From an uncultured archaeon (GTDB taxonomy: Archaea > Asgardarchaeota > Thorarchaeia > Thorarchaeales > Thorarchaeaceae): a stretch of 32,000 bases of DNA. The first letter of the stretch is position 1. Every line of letters begins with the position of its first letter. Made by a program: the position numbers and the translations under genes. Location of the stretch: positions 1-32,000 of the forward strand of contig CAYHAA010000003.1 of the NCBI GenBank assembly GCA_964354495.1. The letters are read 5' to 3'. The notes beneath the pieces are model-generated. The model was not told the DNA's origin. It was given only the letters and a program-made list of their open reading frames with translations, and made no database searches. Positions 25,083 to 32,000 of this stretch are shown one piece after another.

Positions 25083-27107
25083 ATGAAGGACTCTATGAGT
25101 AATATCGACATCAGACTCATCCTGCCTGAGTTACGTGAAGTAGGAGAGGGTTCGTTCATTAAGAATGTCTATCAGTATGGCAACATCTTTGTCTTGAAAC
25201 TCTACAAATCAGGCAGTGGAAACTATCAACTGCTCATAGAGCCTGGACGACGAATTCATCTCACAGAGTATAGCCGAAAAGCACCCCGCCAGCCTCCTCA
25301 TCTCTGCATGGTGTTGAGAAAATACCTGAGAGAAAAGAAGATTATCTCTATCAAACAACACGACCTTGACAGAATCGTCATTATCGAAGTGGGTGACGAT
25401 ACTGAGAGCTACAAGCTTGTTGCAGAGTTGTTTGGGTCGGGGAACATTCTTCTCTTGGACCCGAAAGACACCATCTTTACCGCGATGCACTACAAGAGAA
25501 TGCGAGACCGAAATATCGTCCCCAAGGAGCTTTTCGAATTCCCACCTCTCAGAGGAGAAGACCTGTTCGGTATTGATTCTGAGTCTTTTGGGAGTGTTTT
25601 GACAGACTCAAAGGCTAATATCGTAAGGACTCTGGCAAGCAGACTGAACATCGATTCGCTCAGTTGTGAGGAGATTTGCGCTCTATCATCAGTGTCCCCC
25701 AAAGTCATGATACCAGATATAGATAATCAGACACTCTCGGATCTCAAGAGAGGACTGACGGAATTCATTCAACGTCTTAAGGCAGGTGTTTCCATCCCCA
25801 ATATAGTGCTGGAGAGCGAGCCATCTGAGGAGGAAGAAGAGCCAGGCTATGTTGCCTTCTTGCCCTTCAAGTTCGAACTCCATAGGGAACTGCCTACTCA
25901 GACCTTCGATAGCTTCAGTCAAGCGATTGATCAGTTCTTCGGAGTTTCTGAGAGTGAGTTGGAGGACGAACAGGTTCAGGAGGCGCTATCTGGGGAACAA
26001 AAACGACTACAAGTAATCATCGACAAGCAGAGCGAGAGCATTGAGGGCCTGGTACTGAAGGCTGAGAAAATGCGGCTTGCTGGGGAACTCATCTATTCAT
26101 ACTTCACACCAATACAAGAGCTGCTTGAAACCGTGACAAAAGCGAGAGCAGATGGTATTTCATGGGATGAGATTATCCAGAGGGTAGATGAGGGGAAAAA
26201 GAGGGGGATTCCGTCAGCCACTCTGGTAGAACGAATAATGCCATCTCAAGGAGAAATAACTGTCAATCTAAAAGGTATAGCCGTCAATCTCGATGTCCGA
26301 CTAACAGTGCAGGACAATGCGTCTATGGCTTTTGACCAAGCAAAGAAGGCGGAGTCCAGAGTAAGCGGCGCAAGAATGCAGATTGAGAAGACAAAGGCAA
26401 AGATGGAACGATTAGAGGTAAGTATTGCAGAACCAGAAACAAAGAAGGTTCAAGCCAAGCCGAGGAAGAAGCGGTGGTACGAGAAGTTCAGATGGTTCAT
26501 CTCATCAGAGGGTTACCTCGTCATAGGAGGGCGTGATGCAAAGAGCAACGAGAGCCTGGCAAAGAATCAGATGAGCCCGAATGATGTCTTCCTCCATGCG
26601 TCGATTCATGGAGCACCGTATACAGTAATCAAGGTTCCAGATGAGCCCCCAAGCGAAAAGACTCTCAGAGAGGCTGCACAATTTGCAGTGACCTTCTCCA
26701 GAGCATGGCTAGATGGACTCTCAAGTGGGGACGCCTTCTGGGTCAATCCTGAGCAGGTCAGCTTCACTCCTCCCTCAGGGGAATATCTGCCATCAGGTTC
26801 AGTGATGCTCTATGGGGCCAAGAACTATCTTCGTAATGTACCAGTAGAGCTAGCTGTGGGGGTACTGCTTGAGGAGGAACATGCGATTCCGATCTCTGGG
26901 CCCCCGACGGCCATAGAGTCACAGACCGACTACTCTGTACGTGTAGAACCGGGTGGCACAAAGAAAGGCCAGATAGTAAAAGAGATTCTGGATCATCTCA
27001 AGCGCCTAGTCCCTGAAGATCAAGTGCACCTTGTCAGTGAAATCCCTCAGGAAGACATGATGCGTGTTCTTCCTTCCGGCGAAGGACGTATCATCGATAA
27101 GTCCTGA
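25083..27107 (+). CDS. rqcH: Ribosome quality control protein RqcH/Rqc2/NEMF (NFACT)
   Basis: MSNIDI, CMVLRKYL, HDLDRIV (DR motif), ELFGSGNILL, WYEKFRWFISSEG, GGRDAKSNE, LHASIHGAP, GEYLPSGS. Start moved to ATG 25083 to remove the overlap with the divergent gene. Confidence 0.95.
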   Translation: MKDSMSNIDIRLILPELREVGEGSFIKNVYQYGNIFVLKLYKSGSGNYQLLIEPGRRIHLTEYSRKAPRQPPHLCMVLRKYLREKKIISIKQHDLDRIVIIEVGDDTESYKLVAELFGSGNILLLDPKDTIFTAMHYKRMRDRNIVPKELFEFPPLRGEDLFGIDSESFGSVLTDSKANIVRTLASRLNIDSLSCEEICALSSVSPKVMIPDIDNQTLSDLKRGLTEFIQRLKAGVSIPNIVLESEPSEEEEEPGYVAFLPFKFELHRELPTQTFDSFSQAIDQFFGVSESELEDEQVQEALSGEQKRLQVIIDKQSESIEGLVLKAEKMRLAGELIYSYFTPIQELLETVTKARADGISWDEIIQRVDEGKKRGIPSATLVERIMPSQGEITVNLKGIAVNLDVRLTVQDNASMAFDQAKKAESRVSGARMQIEKTKAKMERLEVSIAEPETKKVQAKPRKKRWYEKFRWFISSEGYLVIGGRDAKSNESLAKNQMSPNDVFLHASIHGAPYTVIKVPDEPPSEKTLREAAQFAVTFSRAWLDGLSSGDAFWVNPEQVSFTPPSGEYLPSGSVMLYGAKNYLRNVPVELAVGVLLEEEHAIPISGPPTAIESQTDYSVRVEPGGTKKGQIVKEILDHLKRLVPEDQVHLVSEIPQEDMMRVLPSGEGRIIDKS

Positions 27108-27259
27108 ATTGCCTTCTCTAGAGCATATTTTGATGCACAATATGTTGTCACACTAACACAGACATGTTTAAAATCAAAGTAAGAGAAGTTCATCCTGAAC
27201 AGACGCTCCATGGGTTGCCTGAGTGTTTGGTCAACTCCTAGTGTAGTGAGGTAGAATTC

Positions 27260-27844
27260 ATGTCCGAGCCTTCTCATTCGATGTTTGTGAAAGACATCAT
27301 GACAGTCAACGTGGTGACTATGCCATTAGAGGCCTCTGTACTCGAAGTTGCAAAATCCATGTCGGACATGGATATCAGTTCTGTCATCATCACGGACGAG
27401 GATCGACCTCTGGGCATCATCACAGAGGAAGACATAGTCAGACGCGTAATTGTACAGGAGCGGGATCCAAAGACCACTCAGGCCTCTGAGATAATGTCTA
27501 CCCCAATCATCCATGTGGAACCTAGTACACCCCTCACTGATGCAATGCGGGTGATGGCCAAGAGCAGCATCAGACGTGTAGCAGTGCTGAAGAACAACTC
27601 CCTTGCTGGAATCATAACATCAAGGGACATTCTGCGCTGGTCCCCAGAACTCATTGATGTCCTTTCGGAGTCTCTACGGCTCAAGAGTGATGAGGCGGCA
27701 CAGAACAAGGTTGAAGAAGATGAAGATCTCATTGCATACGGAGGCGAGTGCGACAACTGTGGGGAGTACTCGGGGGACCTGGTTCTTGAGAACGGCGAGT
27801 ATCTCTGTGAGTCCTGTCGCGAAGGGTCGGAAGATACAGATTAA
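27260..27844 (+). CDS. CBS-pair protein with C-terminal zinc ribbon
   Basis: VKDIMT, GIITEEDIVRR, ASEIMS, GIITSRDILR; CDNC..LCESC. Confidence 0.88.
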   Translation: MSEPSHSMFVKDIMTVNVVTMPLEASVLEVAKSMSDMDISSVIITDEDRPLGIITEEDIVRRVIVQERDPKTTQASEIMSTPIIHVEPSTPLTDAMRVMAKSSIRRVAVLKNNSLAGIITSRDILRWSPELIDVLSESLRLKSDEAAQNKVEEDEDLIAYGGECDNCGEYSGDLVLENGEYLCESCREGSEDTD

Positions 27845-27893
27845 TCATCTTTAATTGTCCATCGAATATTATACTATACAAGAGGAAGATGTC

Positions 27894-28697
27894 ATGAAAG
27901 TAAGTCAGATTATGATTGAACCAGTTACAATCGATAAAGATGAGCGCTTGTCCTACGCTCTTGAGCAACTTGAGAAGAGAGGCATCGACAGACTTGTGGT
28001 CGTTCAGAACGGGGTTGTATCAGGTATATTGACTTACGCTGATGTAGCTGATAGATTAGGGGTGAGCAAGGTAGTGGCACTCTCAATCCAGAGACTCCAT
28101 GTGTCTAGTGCAATGACAGACACTGTGATAACGGTGGGTCCCGATGATGAGGTGACCGATGTTGCACAAATGATGGTGGAAAGAGGAATGAGTGGGTGCC
28201 CTGTTGTTGATCCCCAAGGTGCACTATTGGGTGTCATTACAAAGATGGAGATGGTGAAGCTCGTTGACAGGTTCGATAAAGTGAAGATTAAGGACCTCAT
28301 GACAACGAAGGATATTCTTCAGGTCAATCCTGTCGCGAGATTGGTCAAAGCAAGAGGTGACATGCTCGCAGCTGGTTTCTCCGGTCTTCCTGTCACGGAT
28401 GGCGGCCGAGTTCTCGGCCTTATCACTGAGAGATTGGTAGCATTGGCAATGGCAAAATTCACTGTAGAGGTGCCAGATAAACATCGATCGAATCAGGTGA
28501 GACAGATTCGAGTTGTCGACGCCATGCTTCAGCAACCACCGCTAGCCAGCCCAGATGATTCTATTGCATCGGCTGCTGCCAAGATGATAGAGGCAAAGCT
28601 GAACACGCTGCCTGTGGTGAGTAAGGGAAACAGACTAGTCGGTATAATCAGTGCAACTGACTTGACCCGCTTCGTGGCAAACAAGTTTAAGGTGTAG
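27894..28697 (+). CDS. Four-CBS-domain protein
   Basis: Four CBS motifs (GILTYADV, GVITKMEM, GLITERLV, GIISATDL). Start placed at ATG 27894 after GAGGA. Confidence 0.88.
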   Translation: MKVSQIMIEPVTIDKDERLSYALEQLEKRGIDRLVVVQNGVVSGILTYADVADRLGVSKVVALSIQRLHVSSAMTDTVITVGPDDEVTDVAQMMVERGMSGCPVVDPQGALLGVITKMEMVKLVDRFDKVKIKDLMTTKDILQVNPVARLVKARGDMLAAGFSGLPVTDGGRVLGLITERLVALAMAKFTVEVPDKHRSNQVRQIRVVDAMLQQPPLASPDDSIASAAAKMIEAKLNTLPVVSKGNRLVGIISATDLTRFVANKFKV

Positions 28698-28766
28698 AGT
28701 GCATCTGAATAACGTTGTATATCGTCAGTAGCGAGAACGCACTGACAGAGCCCGCGTGGTCGTCAT

Positions 28767-30089
28767 ATGACTGTTGATCTGGTTCTCAAAGATGGCATTC
28801 TGATAGTGAATGACAGAGAGTCAGTACGGTCTGTGGCGATTGATGAGGGCAAGATAGAGGGTTTCTATAAGCATGGCAAGGAGCCCAAGAGTAGAGTGAC
28901 TCTTGACAGCAGAGGGCTCTACGTCCTTCCAGGGCTCATAGACATGCATGTTCACTTACGCGACTTAGATCAGTCAGACAAAGAGGACTACGAGTCAGGC
29001 ACCATGGCAGCCGCCGCTGGCGGTGTCACGACAGTTGTCGACATGCCCAACTCGGTTCCTCCTGTTCTATCCAAAGATGTACTAGACAGGAAAATCGAGA
29101 GTGCTCTGTCGAAGCGTTATGTGAATATTGGATTCTATGCAGGAATTCCAAAGGACATCAAGAGTTTCGATGCGGCGATGGCACCAGACATTCTTGGATT
29201 CAAGGTCTATCCACATTCGCCGCTCACAAAAGGCACTGTCTATGATCGTAAGCGGATACAGGACTGTCTGAAACTTGCAAAGGGCCACAACCTCCCACTC
29301 CTCTTTCATCCAGACTCATCGAACAGGGAAGATATCGCGAAGAGCCAAGAGGAGTACTTTCGAATACACAGTTGCGAGAGTGAGGTGAAGTCACTTCAGT
29401 CGTTCCTAGACGCGAAGGTCGAATATGAGGCCAGACTGCATGTCTGCCATGTGAGCTGCGCTGCAACAGCCAGATTGATACTTGAGCATCGAGCTGAACA
29501 GACCTTGACCGCAGAGGTCACCCCCCATCACATGTTCCTCTCAGGCGGTGACTTTGCACATGATGATGGCCGGGCCAAGATGCTCCCCCCTCTGCGTTCG
29601 CCCTATGATGCCAAGATGCTCTCCCAAGCGCTCTGCACGAAATATGTGCTTGATTGCGTAGCATCAGACCATGCACCGCACACAGATGCAGAGAAGACAG
29701 CACCCTTCTTGGAGGCAGCAGCAGGCATCCCCGGACTTGAAACCACGTTGCCTCTTGTGCTGACAGAGGTCTTTGAGGGTAGAATGTCATGGATTGACTT
29801 CCTCAGATGTTGCTGTTCGGGACCTGCGGCGGTACTGGGTCTACCGAACAAAGGGATTCTGGCACAAGGATACGACGCAGATATCGTTCTTGTTCGCAGG
29901 CAGGAGTGGCATATCTCAGGGGCAGATTTCTATTCAAAAGCCAAGATCACTCCCTTCGAGGGCAGGCGAGTCCTTGCCCGGCCCGTTAGTACTATTGTTG
30001 GCGGAGAAATCGTCTATCAAGAGGAAGAATTCGTGGGCGGGCCCGGACTAGCAGGACAAGTGCCAGTGCGCAAACTCTATCAACTGTAA
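28767..30089 (+). CDS. pyrC: Dihydroorotase (class I, amidohydrolase superfamily)
   Basis: LPGLIDMHVHLRD, AAAAGGVTTVVDMPNS, LHVCHVS, EVTPHH, PPLRS, SDHAPH, GIPGLET. Confidence 0.9.
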   Translation: MTVDLVLKDGILIVNDRESVRSVAIDEGKIEGFYKHGKEPKSRVTLDSRGLYVLPGLIDMHVHLRDLDQSDKEDYESGTMAAAAGGVTTVVDMPNSVPPVLSKDVLDRKIESALSKRYVNIGFYAGIPKDIKSFDAAMAPDILGFKVYPHSPLTKGTVYDRKRIQDCLKLAKGHNLPLLFHPDSSNREDIAKSQEEYFRIHSCESEVKSLQSFLDAKVEYEARLHVCHVSCAATARLILEHRAEQTLTAEVTPHHMFLSGGDFAHDDGRAKMLPPLRSPYDAKMLSQALCTKYVLDCVASDHAPHTDAEKTAPFLEAAAGIPGLETTLPLVLTEVFEGRMSWIDFLRCCCSGPAAVLGLPNKGILAQGYDADIVLVRRQEWHISGADFYSKAKITPFEGRRVLARPVSTIVGGEIVYQEEEFVGGPGLAGQVPVRKLYQL

Positions 30090-30134
30090 GACAAATAACC
30101 GTGAATCGTCCCAGATAACCGGGGCTGAACTCAA

Positions 30135-30764
30135 GTGTCGCATGTGTATTCTGATGAAAACGGTACATACCTCGTGAAGCTGGCAAGACAGACAGTAGAT
30201 GGGTATGTCACTAAGAAGATTAAACCGGAAGTTCCAGATGATGTGCCCAAAGCTCTCACAGCCAAATCGGGCGTGTTTGTGACTCTAAACTCGATCACTG
30301 GAGAGCATGTTGAACTCAGAGGGTGCATCGGGCGGCCCTACCCGACTCAACCACTCGTGGAGGCCACAATAGATTCAGCAGTAGACGCATCTACGAACGA
30401 TCCCCGTTTTCCTCCCGTCACACAGAGGGAACTTGATAGCATCTTGGTAGAGCTGAGTATTCTCACCCCGCCGAAGAGGATCAATTGGTCAAAGCCCAAA
30501 GAACTCATGGACTCTGTGAAGATTGGACGTGATGGACTGATTGTATCAAGAGGAATGTGGCGTGGACTGCTACTGCCACAGGTGCCTGTGGAGTGGGGGT
30601 GGGATACAAAGCAGTTCCTAGAGCATACATGCAACAAGGCAGGCCTCCCTCTGGATGCTTGGAAGGATACAAAGACAGAGTTCATGTCCTTTCAAGCAGA
30701 GATCTTTGGTGAGGATACTCCCAAGGGAAGAATCCTGAGAGACCCCCAGCATCCGAGATGTTAG
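30135..30764 (+). CDS. AMMECR1-domain protein
   Basis: GVFVTL, LRGCIG, NDPRFPP, ELSILT, GRDGLIV, GLLLPQV, CNKAGL, FQAEIF. Confidence 0.93.
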   Translation: MSHVYSDENGTYLVKLARQTVDGYVTKKIKPEVPDDVPKALTAKSGVFVTLNSITGEHVELRGCIGRPYPTQPLVEATIDSAVDASTNDPRFPPVTQRELDSILVELSILTPPKRINWSKPKELMDSVKIGRDGLIVSRGMWRGLLLPQVPVEWGWDTKQFLEHTCNKAGLPLDAWKDTKTEFMSFQAEIFGEDTPKGRILRDPQHPRC

Positions 30765-30777
30765 TTGAGGCGAGTGT

Positions 30778-31635
30778 ATGAGTAGACTTCCTCCTGAGAT
30801 TATTGAAACCCTGAAGAGGTATATTGCTGAAGATGTAAGGTCTGGTGATCTCACCACGGAACTGACAATCCCTGCGGACAAGACGGCAATAGCGACAATC
30901 TATGCCAGAGAGGATGCAGTACTGGCAGGAATTGAAGAGATAGCGGCTATTGCAGAGTTTTCGGGACTCACCTATGAGATTCTAGCGTTCGAGGGGAACT
31001 GGGTGAGCCCTCAAGACCCAGTGATGCGGCTCAAGGGAAAGGCCAGGACCCTTCTTACCATCGAACGAGTGTGCCTGAACATCATCCAGCGAATGAGTGG
31101 GATAGCAACAAAGACCTACAAGATGGTGAGCTCCGCGAGAGAGGTGAATCCAAGCATCAGGGTTGCATGCACTCGAAAGACCACCCCAGGATTCCGGTTC
31201 TTCGAAAAACGTGCTGTCATCGTTGGAGGTGGTGACCCGCATCGCTATGCGCTTGATGATATGATCCTCATCAAGAATAACCATATCACTATTGCCGGTG
31301 GTGTTCATGCTGCAGTGACGGCTGCAAGGGAGGCGGTCTCTTTCAGCAAGAAGATATCATGCGAAGCCCGGACCCTGCAGGAAGTGGAGGAGGCTATAGG
31401 TGCTGGTGCAGATATCATCCTCCTAGACAACTTCAAGCCAAAGGATATCGGAGGCGTCATCGAGGTCCTTGAGCACAAGGGGCTCCGTAAGAAGGTCATC
31501 CTTGAGGTCTCCGGTGGAGTCAATGAAGAGAATGTCCGTGATTACGCACGCTACAGAATAGATGTGATCTCTTCAGGCGCCCTCACTCACTCTTATAATG
31601 CTGCAGATTTCAACATGCGTCTGTCGCTGAATTGA
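30778..31635 (+). CDS. nadC: Nicotinate-nucleotide pyrophosphorylase (quinolinate phosphoribosyltransferase)
   Basis: EDVRSGDLTT, ERVCLN..MSGIAT, CTRKTTPG, HRYALDD..LIKNNH, ILLDN, EVSGG, SSGALTH. Confidence 0.96.
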   Translation: MSRLPPEIIETLKRYIAEDVRSGDLTTELTIPADKTAIATIYAREDAVLAGIEEIAAIAEFSGLTYEILAFEGNWVSPQDPVMRLKGKARTLLTIERVCLNIIQRMSGIATKTYKMVSSAREVNPSIRVACTRKTTPGFRFFEKRAVIVGGGDPHRYALDDMILIKNNHITIAGGVHAAVTAAREAVSFSKKISCEARTLQEVEEAIGAGADIILLDNFKPKDIGGVIEVLEHKGLRKKVILEVSGGVNEENVRDYARYRIDVISSGALTHSYNAADFNMRLSLN

Positions 31636-31655
31636 TGCTAGTGAAGTAGGAAGGA

Positions 31656-31762
31656 TGGTGCCCCGACCGGGAATTTCAGAGGAATGGTATTCATCGCCTC
31701 TTTCGAACCCGGGTCTCAGGGTCGAAAACCCTAGATGCTGGGCCGAGCTACACCATCGGGGC
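31656..31762 (-). tRNA. trnE: tRNA-Glu(UUC) with encoded CCA and a 29-nt intron at position 59/60 (31673..31701)
   Basis: Acceptor stem GCCCCGA/TCGGGGC+ACCA; anticodon arm TAGGG-TTTTCGA-CCCTG; T stem CCGGG/CCCGG. Removing AGAGGCGATGAATACCATTCCTCTGAAAT restores the T loop TTCGAAT; mature length 78 nt. Confidence 0.95.
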
Positions 31763-31790
31763 CGTGTTTTCAGCGAGCTTGGTCATGCAG

Positions 31791-31798
31791 TTATTAAG
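31791..31798 (-). promoter_or_regulatory. TATA box of tRNA-Glu
   Basis: CTTAATAA on the minus strand, about 29 nt upstream of tRNA position 1. Confidence 0.65.
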
Positions 31799-32000
31799 AT
31801 TGTGCAGAGTGCTCTTGCAGCCTGTCCTCGATACTACTCTCTACATCGGTCGGGCAATCGCTTTCTCATCCGCCGGGCTCTCTCTCAGGCCTCGTGCCTC
31901 GCGTAGCACCGAACTGGGAGCGCCTCTCTCTGTTGTCGACTCTGTCGTGGGACTGACCTGAAGAAGAAACGACTTGAGATCAGAGTGTGTGGGGACTCCT

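Noticed and set aside
313-31961. The many short ORFs antisense to or nested within annotated genes
   Set aside because: They are shadow frames of well-supported genes with no independent motifs.
31841-31999. Possible 3' end of a minus-strand gene entering from the window edge (GVPTHSDLK..ARPM*)
   Set aside because: Only 52 codons are visible, with no recognisable motif.
1-32000. CRISPR array, IS element, integrase or prophage genes
   Set aside because: No regularly spaced repeats and no transposase, recombinase or viral hallmark motifs were seen.

Overview
This is a gene-dense archaeal window, most consistent with an Asgard archaeon (probably Thorarchaeia). That assignment is inferred from a Sec23/24-like gene, four Roadblock/LC7 genes, an EMC6/OPTI-like membrane protein, a PCI-like protein, archaeal S8e, ScpA and RqcH, and a BHB-intron tRNA. 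Left to right: ADP-forming acyl-CoA synthetase alpha (5'-partial) and beta; an orphan with repeated AAA-lid-like units; a cis-prenyltransferase; a cluster of an MglA GTPase, 4 Roadblock genes and a Sec23/24-like gene, interrupted by a small membrane-protein insert; smc-scpA-scpB; hypE, rps8e, hypA; three poorly characterised genes (HEAT, PCI-like, His-repeat helical); fumarate hydratase alpha/beta and thiol:fumarate reductase-like tfrAB; an A24 peptidase; the EMC6/OPTI-like protein; RqcH; two CBS proteins; pyrC; AMMECR1; nadC; and tRNA-Glu(UUC) with a 29-nt intron at the non-canonical position 59/60. The main leads are the Sec23/24-Roadblock-MglA cluster, a 36-bp diverged copy of the mglB-like 3' end that brackets the insert, a tightly folded intergenic region at 18770-18980, and the T-loop tRNA intron. 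No CRISPR array, transposase or integrase was seen. All family calls come from motif recognition by eye; no database search was run.
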